Below are positions 9,189 through 19,084 of a stretch of DNA of 64,000 nt, in pieces. The stretch is from Longimicrobiales bacterium (GTDB lineage Bacteria; Gemmatimonadota; Gemmatimonadetes; Longimicrobiales; Gaopeijiaceae): contig CBDBCF010000001.1 in NCBI GenBank assembly GCA_965202985.1, forward strand, positions 1,760,001 to 1,824,000, read 5' to 3'. Position 1 is the first letter of the stretch. Every line of letters begins with the position of its first letter. The notes under the pieces are model-generated. The model was given only the letters and a program-made list of their open reading frames with translations, did no database searches and was not told the DNA's origin. The position numbers and the translations under genes are program-made.

Positions 9189-10174
9189 CGGCGCGCCGTC
9201 TTCTGCTTTCGAACGAACGCTTCCGCGCCCTTGGGCAACAGCAAGTTGTCGGAGATCGCCGCAATCTCTTCGGCGTCCCTCCACGCCCTTTCCAGCAGCC
9301 ACAGCTCGCCCTCCAGCGCCCGGCGCTCCTGTTCCTCGTGGAGGGCCATTTCAAGCGCTAGCCTCGTAGCCTTGGGCATCTTGTACACGTAGCCGGGCAC
9401 GCCCCATTTGCCCTGGAATCGGTTGCCTTCGACCACGTTCGCCACGAACCGCTCGGGGTTGCCCTGGGTCTCGATCTGGTGCACCGCCTGCCGCACCGCC
9501 TCCTTGGCGCCGCCCATGGCGTTGATCGCCGGCAAGATCGTCGCGGCGAAGCGCCGAGCTTCTTCGCCTCGGTACCAGGTATTCTTCCCGCCCTTCACGA
9601 TCTCCAGCTTGAACCCCGAATCACCCGATCCGGGACGAACGCGGGTCTTCTCTAGATTGGCGCGAGTCAGCTTCAAAGGCGTGCCGTCGTCGGGTTTCAG
9701 CTTGACCAAAGTCTCATAGCGCCAGGTAGTGACGATGCTTCCGATTACCCCGCCGGTGCTTACCCCAACAACAGCACCGCCCACCAAGACGCCTCCCACG
9801 ACGGCAGTCGCGCCAACGCCAGAAAGGATCCTGCGTCGTCGTCGCCGACCGAACTGGTCGCCGTAACGCCAAGCCGCGAACTCCGGGCGCGGGGCTCGGC
9901 CAATGCGCACCAGCTCCAGCCCCTCGGGATGGCGGGCCAAGCCGACGTTCTCGCTTGACACGCGCACGCGGGTTTCGCGAAAGATGCGTTCGCAGGCCTC
10001 CACGGCCTCCCATCGCTCCTCGATGGGGGTAAGGTTCCATCGCTCGCACTTCCTACACACGACCCACAAGCGACCTCGCGCCTCGTCAAAGGCCAAGCGG
10101 CGTCCGACGGGGAACGTCTCGATCACCTCGTTGGTCCCGAGGGACTTGTTGCAGAACATGCAAGCGGCGTACAC
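9185..10174 (-). CDS. Hypothetical membrane protein with N-terminal Zn ribbon, paralogue of 7486..8487
   Basis: Near-identical N- and C-termini to 7486..8487; divergent centre. Confidence 0.8.
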   Translation of the reverse strand: MYAACMFCNKSLGTNEVIETFPVGRRLAFDEARGRLWVVCRKCERWNLTPIEERWEAVEACERIFRETRVRVSSENVGLARHPEGLELVRIGRAPRPEFAAWRYGDQFGRRRRRRILSGVGATAVVGGVLVGGAVVGVSTGGVIGSIVTTWRYETLVKLKPDDGTPLKLTRANLEKTRVRPGSGDSGFKLEIVKGGKNTWYRGEEARRFAATILPAINAMGGAKEAVRQAVHQIETQGNPERFVANVVEGNRFQGKWGVPGYVYKMPKATRLALEMALHEEQERRALEGELWLLERAWRDAEEIAAISDNLLLPKGAEAFVRKQKTARR

Positions 10175-11752
10175 TTACATTCCCCAAACGTGCACCTTGT
10201 CTCCGCTTGCGGCCGTTCGGCTCTCGCGAAACACCTTCTCTTCCCATCTCAGCCCCTCGCTGCGATCGAAGACGATCAAGTGCCCGGCCTCGGCGCCGCA
10301 TCGGTCCATGTAGTCCGCCGTCTGCTCCACGCCTTCGGCCACAGTGCGCTCCCGGCTGCGCTTCTCGTGCCGAAGCTTGCACTCGACGACGAACTTGCCC
10401 GCGCCCGCGCCCTGCGGCCAGACGATCAGCAGGTCGGCCCGCCCGCGCCCCAGCCCTTGTTCCCGCTCGACGCGCCCGCCGCTGTTGACGATCCGCTGCA
10501 GAAACGCCTGAAGCAGCAGGTGCGGTCCGGCCTCTTTGTAGTCGAAGCGCTCCACCCAGCTCTCCGAGTTGGCGCGGAAGAACTCTTGGAAGCGCTCCAG
10601 CAGCTTGTCCAGTTGCAAGGCGCCTGAATCGTCCACGTACCACGCGGGGTCGTCCTGGAGCTTGACTTGTGCGCGCCACGCGAGCTGGCGAGGCACCACC
10701 TCGGCGTAGATCGGGTTGGCCAGACGCACAGGAAGGTCGCGTGCGATCAAACCCAGGTCCTGAACGTATTCGATGTCGTCGATCGTCGATTCCCAGCCGT
10801 GGCCGCCTACAAGAAGCGGCTCGATCACTCGACGGACTCTCTCCTCCTGGAGCTTGTCCGTCAGCTGGTCCAGATGCGTGTCGCGCCGAAGGATGAGCGC
10901 CTCTCGAGCCTCCAGGACATCGGCTTCGGATATCGTGTGGGAGCGATCCCGGCCCTTGTCGTTTCGGAAGCACGCCTGATAAGCCAGCGCATTGACCAAC
11001 CAGGGCTGACCAAGCGTTTGGCTCCAGACGGCGTCGATGGCGTCTTCGCTGAACGGCTGGCCCGCTTCCTCCGTGTGCTGCCGCAGCAGCGCGGCGACAT
11101 GATCGGGCGAGAAGTTGCCCAGGAGCAGGGATTCGGACTTGATGTTGAATGCGCTGCCGCCGGCGATCATGGTGTTGGCGGAGCCCGAATGAATGCGATA
11201 GTCGCGCACGTCTCGGACTCCGCACAGCACGATGCAGTGTGGAAACCCCGCCGGCCGCAAGTGATGGGAAGCCCGCAGCTGCCGCAGCACCGCCAACAGA
11301 GAATCGCCCACCAGGGAGTCGATCTCGTCCACCAGCAACACCAGCGGCTTGTCGGAGGCCAGGGACCAACGCGCCAAAGACTCGCTCAGCGCCCCCGGCC
11401 CGTACTCCGTCCAGATGCCGGACCAGGCGTCGGACAGAAAGTCGTCGCCGACCAGCCTTGCTTGCAGCGCCATCTGCCCGAGGATCATCCTGACGGCCTG
11501 CTCTACGTCCTCGCGCATCGCCTGGGCGCCTTTGACGTTTACGTACACGCAACGATAGCGATCCTCTTCGTTCAACAAGCGCTGAAGCGACAGGAGGGCC
11601 GTTGTCTTGCCGGTCTGCCGAGGCGCGTGAAGCACGAAGTACTGCTTGTCCGCAATCAGCTCCCGGAGTTCGTCGAGGTTCATGCGGGAGAGGGGAGGAA
11701 CGTAGTAGTGGTCTTCCGCCACGATCGGACCGGACCGGTTGAAGCGACGCAT
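10175..11752 (-). CDS. AAA-like ATPase with C-terminal PD-(D/E)XK-like domain
   Basis: Walker A APRQTGKT, Walker B LLVDEID, C-terminal GRADL..VVECK; ATG 11752 (MRRFNRSGP). Confidence 0.85.
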   Translation of the reverse strand: MRRFNRSGPIVAEDHYYVPPLSRMNLDELRELIADKQYFVLHAPRQTGKTTALLSLQRLLNEEDRYRCVYVNVKGAQAMREDVEQAVRMILGQMALQARLVGDDFLSDAWSGIWTEYGPGALSESLARWSLASDKPLVLLVDEIDSLVGDSLLAVLRQLRASHHLRPAGFPHCIVLCGVRDVRDYRIHSGSANTMIAGGSAFNIKSESLLLGNFSPDHVAALLRQHTEEAGQPFSEDAIDAVWSQTLGQPWLVNALAYQACFRNDKGRDRSHTISEADVLEAREALILRRDTHLDQLTDKLQEERVRRVIEPLLVGGHGWESTIDDIEYVQDLGLIARDLPVRLANPIYAEVVPRQLAWRAQVKLQDDPAWYVDDSGALQLDKLLERFQEFFRANSESWVERFDYKEAGPHLLLQAFLQRIVNSGGRVEREQGLGRGRADLLIVWPQGAGAGKFVVECKLRHEKRSRERTVAEGVEQTADYMDRCGAEAGHLIVFDRSEGLRWEEKVFRESRTAASGDKVHVWGM

Positions 11753-11787
11753 GGCTACGTCCCTCGACTTTGCGGGAGTGGGCGACG

Positions 11788-12639
11788 TCAAGCTGGCAAC
11801 GGCGGGAGCGTGGGGCAAGGCGGCAAGGCGGTCCAGCCGATCGGCATGAGCGGAGCGCACGACGGGACGCGGACAATCTCCGACGGCGTGGTACACAACG
11901 TGCCAGCGGACCTGTGCGAAGCGATCCTGTCGGATGCGAAGGCGCTGGCGACCTGGGAGGACATCACCCGCTTCCGCCCCGCCACCACCGCCATCGGCGG
12001 CCGATGCCACGGACATTCGGCCTCGAAGCCGGCGGTCCGCAGTGCCGCAAGCTCGTCTTCGAGCGGGAAGTAGGTGTCTTCTTCGGCCCACTCCTCGAAG
12101 TGCTGGAAAGCTTGGGGCCGCTCGATTCCGTGCTTGGCCATGTGTTGGGCCCAGGCATCGTAGGTTGCGGACCGCCCGACCGGGTCCGAGGGCATCACAG
12201 CGTCGGCGTTGACGAAGACGCCGCCTGGGTTCAGGGCGTTGAAGATGCGCCGGTACAGGTTCTGCTTCTCAGCGAGCGTGGGGACATGGTGGAGCGAGAG
12301 CGAGGCGGCGATGGCGTCGCAGGGCGGGAGCGGGTCGTGGAAGGACTGCTCCAGGAAGCGCGCCCGGTCGCCGAACGGGGCCAGCCGCTCCCGGGCTTGG
12401 TCCAGCATCTCCGGGTCCACGTCCACGAGGGCCACGGAACCCGTGTCCGAAGGCTCCAGCAGGGCCGCCGAAAGGGCCCCCGTTCCGGCCCCGAGATCGA
12501 GAACCAAGCGGGGCCGGACGGCCGCCACGGCCTCTGCCGCGACTTGCAACATCGTCTCGTAGCCGGGGATGAAGCGGCGGATCGCGTCGTCGTAGGCGGC
12601 GGTCTCGACGCGGAGGTGCCGGCGCACGGAGTGGGACAT
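11788..12639 (-). CDS. Class I SAM-dependent methyltransferase with aberrant read-through C-terminus
   Basis: VLDLGAGTG, SLSLHHV, LNPGGVFVNAD; natural end probably near 11965 (VVAGRKR). Confidence 0.85.
   Translation of the reverse strand: MSHSVRRHLRVETAAYDDAIRRFIPGYETMLQVAAEAVAAVRPRLVLDLGAGTGALSAALLEPSDTGSVALVDVDPEMLDQARERLAPFGDRARFLEQSFHDPLPPCDAIAASLSLHHVPTLAEKQNLYRRIFNALNPGGVFVNADAVMPSDPVGRSATYDAWAQHMAKHGIERPQAFQHFEEWAEEDTYFPLEDELAALRTAGFEAECPWHRPPMAVVAGRKRVMSSQVASAFASDRIASHRSAGTLCTTPSEIVRVPSCAPLMPIGWTALPPCPTLPPLPA
11846..11970 (+). pseudogene. Truncated YdeI/OmpD-associated family gene (N-terminal part)
   Basis: MSGAHDGTRTISDGVVHNVPADLCEAILSDAKALATWEDIT resembles the family N-terminus, then runs into antisense methyltransferase sequence. 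Confidence 0.6.
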
Positions 12640-12765
12640 GATCGATCACGCTAAGCGGTGGGCGCGGGTGCGCAACCCTCGCTATCTTCCCATAGCCGAC
12701 GCCCCCCGGAGACTCGGGCGGCGCCGAATGCTTTGCGTGCGAGGCCTCCCCAACCCAAGCCTGCC

Positions 12766-14616
12766 ATGGATTCGTCACGCAGTTTTCCGGGGCTGGTCGT
12801 TCTCGCCCTGGGCGTCGCTACAGGCTGCGCGCCCCCGGACGCCCGCCCGACGCCTGCCGCCCGACGCAGCGCCCCCGAGCCGCCGCCGGTGGAGGCCGGC
12901 CAGCCGGGCAAGCCCGGCGAGTACGACTTGGCCGCGGACGTGTTGCACTACGAGATCGAGCTTGCACTGGGCAGCCCCGAGATCGAAGCCCTCGCAACGC
13001 TTTCCGTGCGTCCCAACGGCGCGAGCCGGCTTCCCTTGGACTTGACCGGGCTGGGCGTCCGGAGCGTCCGAGTCGACGATCAGCCGGTGGCCTTCGAGTA
13101 CGAGGACGGCAAGTTGCGAGTCCCGCTGGGAGGGCAAGGCCGAGGGGCTGGCGCCGCCCCCGCAGGGTCCGCCGAAGACCAACTCCGCGTGACCGTCGCC
13201 TATCACGGCGTCCCGGACGACGGGCTGATCCTTCGCGACAACGTGCACGGCGACCCCGCCGCCTTCGTGGACAACTGGCCCAATCGCACGCGCTTCTGGC
13301 TGCCCTCGGTGGACCACCCGACCGACAAGGCCACGGCGGCGTTCACGGTCCATGCGCCGTCGGCTTGGCAGGTGATCGCCAACGGTGCGCTTGCCGCCCC
13401 GCCGGAACCGGCCGCCGCCGATGCGCTGGGCCACGCGGAAAACGCCGGGCGACGAACGACTTGGCGCTGGGCCAGCCGAGTGCCCCATCCCACGTACACG
13501 CTGGTCGTGGGGGCCGCGGACTTTGCCGTCGAATCCCTTGGTCGGGCGGCGTGCGGCGCGGCTCCGGCAAGCCCGGACGCCGACGGCTGCATCGACGTGT
13601 CGTACTGGGTCTTCCCGGAGGACACGGCCTTCGCCCGCCAAGTCTTCCGGCGCGCGCCCGCCATGGTGGACTACTTCACCGACCTGATCGGACCGTATCC
13701 CTTCGAGAAGCTGGCCCACGTCCAGTCGGCCACGCGCTTCGGCGGCATGGAGAACTCGTCGGCGATCTTCTACTCGGAGCGCGCGATCGCCGAAGGCGCG
13801 TTGAGCGAAGGCACCGTCTCCCACGAAATCGCCCACCAGTGGTTCGGCGACGCGGCCACGCAGTCGGACTGGAACCATCTGTGGTTGTCCGAAGGCTTCG
13901 CCACCTACTTCGGCGCCCTCTTCTTCGAGGCGGCCGACGGAGACGAAGACTTTCGCGGCCGCATGGAACGGAGCCGCCGGGGCTACCTGGATTCGGACGA
14001 CGTGGCCCGCCCCATCGTGGACCCCGCAGGTGCCGACAACCTTTTCGACCTGCTGAACCGCAACAACTACAACAAGGGCGCCTGGGTGCTGCACATGCTG
14101 CGAGGCGTGGTCGGCGACGACACTTTCTTCCGCGCGATCCGCACCTACTACGAACGCCACGCCTTCGCGAACGCCCTGACCGAGGACCTGCGACGCGCCT
14201 TCGAAGACGCGATTGCGACCCAAGCGACGGGCGCCGCCGAAGAGGCTGCCGCCGCCACCGAGCTGGACTGGTTCTTCGACCAATGGGTTCACCAGCCCGG
14301 CTACCCGACCCTGGAACACTCTTGGGAACGGACGGCGGACGACGCCGAAATCGTGCTTTCGGTCTCCCAGGTTCAGCCGAGCGAGTGGCCCACGTTCCGG
14401 TTGCCGATGGAGGTGGAAGTTCGCGGCCCGGCGGGCGTTCGGCGCCATCGCGTCGTGGTCGAGTCCCGCTCCCAGACCTTCCGCCTGCCGTTGGTTGCAC
14501 CAGACGGCGAGGGCGCGCCTGCCGGCGTCGGCGCCTCCACCCGCGAAGTCGGACCCACCGAAATTGTGCTTGACCCTGGCGGCTGGGTGCTCAAGGGCTA
14601 TGTTGCACCTCCGTGA
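12766..14616 (+). CDS. M1-family aminopeptidase, lipoprotein
   Basis: GGMEN, HEIAH-x18-E (WLSEGFATY), YNKGAWVLHMLR; lipobox ATGC. Confidence 0.92.
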   Translation: MDSSRSFPGLVVLALGVATGCAPPDARPTPAARRSAPEPPPVEAGQPGKPGEYDLAADVLHYEIELALGSPEIEALATLSVRPNGASRLPLDLTGLGVRSVRVDDQPVAFEYEDGKLRVPLGGQGRGAGAAPAGSAEDQLRVTVAYHGVPDDGLILRDNVHGDPAAFVDNWPNRTRFWLPSVDHPTDKATAAFTVHAPSAWQVIANGALAAPPEPAAADALGHAENAGRRTTWRWASRVPHPTYTLVVGAADFAVESLGRAACGAAPASPDADGCIDVSYWVFPEDTAFARQVFRRAPAMVDYFTDLIGPYPFEKLAHVQSATRFGGMENSSAIFYSERAIAEGALSEGTVSHEIAHQWFGDAATQSDWNHLWLSEGFATYFGALFFEAADGDEDFRGRMERSRRGYLDSDDVARPIVDPAGADNLFDLLNRNNYNKGAWVLHMLRGVVGDDTFFRAIRTYYERHAFANALTEDLRRAFEDAIATQATGAAEEAAAATELDWFFDQWVHQPGYPTLEHSWERTADDAEIVLSVSQVQPSEWPTFRLPMEVEVRGPAGVRRHRVVVESRSQTFRLPLVAPDGEGAPAGVGASTREVGPTEIVLDPGGWVLKGYVAPP

Positions 14617-14644
14617 CCGAATCCAGTCCCGCTAGGAGGCGCGC

Positions 14645-15640
14645 GTGCCCCCAGCTTCCCACGTCCCCTTCGAGCGACACATCGTCGAGATGGAGGACCA
14701 GATCGCCAAGCTCCGCGAGATGGCGTCGCAACGGGGCTTGGACGTGTCCGCCGAACTGCGGGACCTGACGGCGAAGCTGGACAAGCTGAGACGCGACACC
14801 TACCGCAACTTGGGCGCCATGGAGCAGGTGCAGGTCGCCCGGCATCCGCGACGCCCCTACACGCTGGACTACGTGGCCGGCGTCTTCACGGACTGGTTCG
14901 AGCTCAAGGGCGACCGCCGCTTTCGCGACGACGAAGCCGTGGTGGGCGGATGGGCGCGCCTGGACGGCAAATCGGTCATGGTGATTGGCCACCAGAAGGG
15001 GCGCGACATGAAGGAAAACCTGCGCCGCAACTTCGGAATGCCGCACCCCGAGGGCTACCGCAAGGCGCTGCGCCTCATGAAGATGGCGGAGAAGTTCGGG
15101 CGGCCCGTGATCACGCTCATCGACACGCCCGGCGCCTATCCGGGCTTCGGCGCCGAGGAGCGCGGGCAGGCCGAGGCGATCGCCACCAACCTTCGCGAGA
15201 TGGCGCGCCTGCGCACGCCCACGGTCTCGCTGGTGATCGGCGAAGGCGGGTCCGGCGGGGCGCTGGCCCTGGGCGTCACCGACCGAATCCTGCTGCTGGA
15301 GCACTCCATCTACTCGGTGATTTCACCGGAAGGCTGCGCGGCGATCTTGTGGCGGTCCGCCGAGCACAAGAACGCGGCGGCGCGGGCGTTGCGGCTTACG
15401 TCCAAGGACCTGCTCGCCCTGGGCGTGGCCGACGAGGTGATCCCCGAACCCGCAGGCGGTGCGCACGCCGGCCAGGACGCTGCCATGCGAACCGTGACCG
15501 AGGCGCTGACGCGGCACTTGGTCGAGTTGGCGGAGGTGGAGCCGGGGCAGCTCGTGGCGAAGCGCTGGGAGAAGTACGAGGCCATGGGCGCCTGGACCGA
15601 GCCGCGCACCGTGGACGCGACCGCAGCGGGGGAAGCGTAG
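14645..15640 (+). CDS. accA: Acetyl-CoA carboxylase carboxyltransferase alpha subunit
   Basis: ARHPRRPYTLDY, FGMPHPEGYRKA, IDTPGAYPG, GEGGSGGALA, YSVISPEGCAAIL. Confidence 0.97.
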   Translation: MPPASHVPFERHIVEMEDQIAKLREMASQRGLDVSAELRDLTAKLDKLRRDTYRNLGAMEQVQVARHPRRPYTLDYVAGVFTDWFELKGDRRFRDDEAVVGGWARLDGKSVMVIGHQKGRDMKENLRRNFGMPHPEGYRKALRLMKMAEKFGRPVITLIDTPGAYPGFGAEERGQAEAIATNLREMARLRTPTVSLVIGEGGSGGALALGVTDRILLLEHSIYSVISPEGCAAILWRSAEHKNAAARALRLTSKDLLALGVADEVIPEPAGGAHAGQDAAMRTVTEALTRHLVELAEVEPGQLVAKRWEKYEAMGAWTEPRTVDATAAGEA

Positions 15641-15641
15641 C

Positions 15642-16505
15642 GTGAACCGGGCGAAGGCGCGCAGCAAGACCGCCGGTTTTGCCGAAGTGACGTTCAAGGC
15701 GACGCGTCGCGGCTACTTCCGATACGACTCCTTGGACCTGTCGCCCGGGGATCGCGTCATCGTGGAGGCGGAAAGGGGCGAAGACATGGGCGAAATTACT
15801 GCGTTGGGCAAGATCGCCGAGCGAAAGTGTTCGTCGTCCGGGGGTTGCGCCACGCCCGTCCCCGAGAGGCGCGTGATCCGCCGAGCCGGCGCGGGCGAAA
15901 TCGACCGGGCCAAGCACATGAGCACCGACGAAGACATCGCTCGACACGAGACGAAGAAGCACGTGGCCCGGCGCGGCCTCCGCATGAAGATCACCGAAGC
16001 GGAGTGGCAGTTCGACAGGAAGAAGCTCTACATCTACTTCACCGCGGAAAAGCGCGTGGATTTTCGGGCACTCGTGCGCGACTTGGCAAAGGCTTTTCGC
16101 ACGCGGATCGAACTCAAGCAGATCGGCGTGCGCGACGAGGCCGCACTGCTGGGCGGCGTGGGCCGCTGCGGTCGCGAACTGTGCTGCTCCACGTGGTTGC
16201 CGGCCGTGAAGCCCGTCAGCCTGCAGCTGGCCAAGGACCAGCGCCTGTCGCTGAACCCCGCTCACATCTCGGGTTGCTGCGGTCGCCTGATGTGCTGCCT
16301 CATGTACGAACACGACACCTACGTGGCGGCCCGCCGAAAGTTCCCCCGGGAAGGACGCAAGATCAACACGGCCCAAGGCGCCGAAAAGGTCGTCGGCATG
16401 AACATCTTCAAGGAGACGATCACGCTCCAGGACGCCGCCGGCAACCGACGCATCGTGAGCGTCGAAGACCTCAAGCAGGAGATGTCTGCGCTGAAGGGGG
16501 ACTGA
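15642..16505 (+). CDS. PSP1-domain protein (RicT/YaaT-like)
   Basis: FTAEKRVDFRALV, RIELKQIGVRDEA, CGRELCC, SGCCGRLMCCL. Confidence 0.92.
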   Translation: MNRAKARSKTAGFAEVTFKATRRGYFRYDSLDLSPGDRVIVEAERGEDMGEITALGKIAERKCSSSGGCATPVPERRVIRRAGAGEIDRAKHMSTDEDIARHETKKHVARRGLRMKITEAEWQFDRKKLYIYFTAEKRVDFRALVRDLAKAFRTRIELKQIGVRDEAALLGGVGRCGRELCCSTWLPAVKPVSLQLAKDQRLSLNPAHISGCCGRLMCCLMYEHDTYVAARRKFPREGRKINTAQGAEKVVGMNIFKETITLQDAAGNRRIVSVEDLKQEMSALKGD

Positions 16506-16520
16506 CAACGGGGTGGGGAA

Positions 16521-16670
16521 CTAGCGGGAGGGTGGTGTGGGACGCCATTCAAGCGCTTCCGGCACGTCCTTGAAGAGCCTCTGCAGCTCTGGAATGCGTG
16601 AGTGCCAGCGTTGCATCTCGTGCCAAACCGTCGGGTGGGCGCTTGTCACAATTGCTTGCGACATGGTGCG
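16521..16670 (-). pseudogene. Possible C-terminal remnant of the ATPase's partner gene
   Basis: Start-less protein-like tail AIVTSAHPTVWHEMQRWHSRIPELQRLFKDVPEALEW..stop directly behind the ATPase, same lower-GC composition. Confidence 0.35.
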
Positions 16671-17909
16671 GCTTCCTCGCTAGCTTCCAGTTTGCCAACG
16701 AGCTTCTTCTGGTTGAGGTTCGCCAGCTTCTCGAGCATCTCCCTGGATTCGATTGACCGATCGAGGTTTTGCCCAAACAAGTCCGTGTCGTATGCCTCCA
16801 GCAAATTGCCGTACAGCAGCCGATCCAAGGTCGTTGCCGTCAACTCGTCGTGCAGCGTCACCGGTTCCGGGGGTTGGAAGCAGCCACACGCTTCCCCTGG
16901 ACGCTGGGCGACAGATAATGGGGCTATGCGTCGTGACGAAGAATTGAATGTTGGGGAAGTGCTTCACAAACCAGTCACCGATTCTGGCCTGCCATTCTGG
17001 ATGAAGGTGGGCGTCGACTTCGTCTATGGCAACAACGCCAGGGAGCTTTACGACTCCGGTCTCGGAATCTATCCCCCTTGAGGCTGCCGACGGACCGAAG
17101 GCTGCAAACAGGAGACGCAGCAGTTCGAACACCAAGCTCATGATCGATCGATACCCGTCGCTCATATCTTCAACGTCCACTAAGGAGCCGCGACCGTCAA
17201 CGATTATTACTCGCTCCGACGTTACCTCTTTGATGCGTGTCCCGTGCGGCAGTAGGTCAGCTTGGTTCGTAAACGAAATCACGGTTCTCAGAACATCCGA
17301 TGCGTGCGGCTCGTCGGTTAGTTCCTGAATCTTCAGCATCTGCAACCACCGAAGACTTTCGCCAAGGGCGACGTTCTCGCCAAACGCAGACAGGTGGGCG
17401 GCCAAGCGTGGATGGCTGAAGTACAGCCGATCCATGGCGGGGTCGGAGCCCGCGAACCTTCGGAAGGCTCCAAACGAAGCAGAGAACCACCCGGAACCGT
17501 CGCCCCATATCGTTCGCCATGCGTATCGCTGGTTGAAGAACTTGATGTGAGTGCGGTTGCCGTTTTCGCCGTTCGTGGGCCCTGCCGAGATCCGTACTCC
17601 AAATGCTGCGGGGTCATAATATCCGCGACGACCCTGGCCAGTCCAGTAGTCGTTGTCGTGCGGCACAAGCGTCACGCGAATCTCGGCGCTGTCCTTTCCC
17701 GCCGAGAGCCACCGGGACCAGTCCTGCCGGCTGGCGTGAGCATTTGCTTCGCCGACGAGTGCAATAGCAAGCGCCCGAACCACCGTGGTCTTGCCGGCTC
17801 CGTTGTCGCCCAAGAGAACATGCCAGCCGGCCTGTTCGCCGGGCCCGAGCTGCAGATCCAAGCGGTCGATGGAACGGATGTTCTTGACCGTCAGGCGCTC
17901 GACATGCAT
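16646..17909 (-). pseudogene. AAA_21/ABC-type ATPase (PtuA-like defence ATPase), frameshifted near the 3' end
   Basis: GDNGAGKT, MSDGY, IDEVDAHLHPEWQ, TTHSP; shift near 16826 separates the DRLLYGNLLEAYDTDLFG tail; visibly lower GC. Confidence 0.75.
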
Positions 17910-17915
17910 GGCGGG

Positions 17916-18425
17916 CTAGTTATTCGGCGCCCCTGCTTCGATCCAGGCGCGGATGACGGCGATCTCGTCAGCGGGCACGGGGTCGCCCTCCTCGGGCATG
18001 TCGCCCTCGACGATCATCTCCAGCAGGTAGCTGTTCTCGGCGCTGCCGGCCTCGATCACGGTGCCGAACTCCGAGCCGGCCATGACCCGGTTGTAGTTCA
18101 GGAGATTGAGACTGGCTTCGGCGCGGACTTCGCCGCTGTCGTCCACGGCGCCGTGGCACTTGGCGCAACGCTGCTCGAATATGGGGAGCACGTTTGCCGA
18201 AAAGCTGACGGTGTCCTGGACGGCGGCGATGCCCGGGCGATCCGACCCCGGCAACGACAGTTCCGAGTCGTTGGGCGCCGGGCGGGTGATCTCAATGGCC
18301 GCCCCGTGCGCCGTCGCGCCGGTCAGGGTGGCTGCGACGACGGCGATCGCGATGCCGGCCGCGACGCCGAGCGCGACGATGCCTCGTGCCGCGCCCGACG
18401 CCAGACCTGCTCGACGTTCGAACAC
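17916..18425 (-). CDS. Secreted mono-heme c-type cytochrome (planctomycete cytochrome C-like domain)
   Basis: VSFSANVLPIFEQRCAKCHG..MP..IRAWIEAGA; hydrophobic N-terminus; start uncertain (GTG 18425). Confidence 0.8.
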   Translation of the reverse strand: MFERRAGLASGAARGIVALGVAAGIAIAVVAATLTGATAHGAAIEITRPAPNDSELSLPGSDRPGIAAVQDTVSFSANVLPIFEQRCAKCHGAVDDSGEVRAEASLNLLNYNRVMAGSEFGTVIEAGSAENSYLLEMIVEGDMPEEGDPVPADEIAVIRAWIEAGAPNN

Positions 18426-18427
18426 CG

Positions 18428-19084
18428 TCAGCCGATCCCCTCGGCTTCCCTCATCAGACGAAGGTGAGTTGCCGCCTGCGCCAAGCCGCCCTCGCCTTCG
18501 CCCCACGAAATCCGCCCGTCTCCGTCGGCGTCCGTGCCGTTCATGATCGCCTGGGTCATGTCGGCGATCTCGCCAGCCAGTGTCAGCGCGGCCTCCAGGT
18601 CGTCCGTGCCGGCCACCTCTTCCGCCTTCGCCAAGACTTCTTCGACCCACGCCGCCACGTTCTCGGCGCTGGTCTTGACGTGGTTGGCGTGCGCCTTGAC
18701 GGCGTCGGAAGCGTCGTCGGCCTCGCCGGCCATTCCGATGTGACGGGCCACGCCGGTAGCGGCCTTGCCCAGCCCGTAGCCCTTGCCGGGGCCGCGCTCG
18801 GCTTCGGCGGTCAGCGCGTGCACGACGTGTGTGACGTGACGCTTCACGGCGTCCAGCGACTCGGACTGCGCCGCCAAGCCGGCGTGCTGCGCGGCGACTT
18901 CAGCCTCTGCCTGGGCGGCGGCCAGGAGGCCCATGTTGTCGGGCGTGTCGTTCCACCGCTCGGCGACGTGTCCGATGTGGCGGTGCGCCACGCTCTGGGC
19001 GGAGGCTTCGACCGCGGTCGCTGCGGCAAGGACGGATGCCAGGGCGGCGACGGTCGCGGAGCCTGCGAGTCTCGACATCTGCAT
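18428..19084 (-). CDS. Secreted His/Ala-rich helical protein with EF-hand-like motif
   Basis: ATG 19084 with CAGGAG RBS; signal ending ASA-Q; AHRHIGHV, RHVTHVVH; DADGDGRISWGE. Confidence 0.7.
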   Translation of the reverse strand: MQMSRLAGSATVAALASVLAAATAVEASAQSVAHRHIGHVAERWNDTPDNMGLLAAAQAEAEVAAQHAGLAAQSESLDAVKRHVTHVVHALTAEAERGPGKGYGLGKAATGVARHIGMAGEADDASDAVKAHANHVKTSAENVAAWVEEVLAKAEEVAGTDDLEAALTLAGEIADMTQAIMNGTDADGDGRISWGEGEGGLAQAATHLRLMREAEGIG

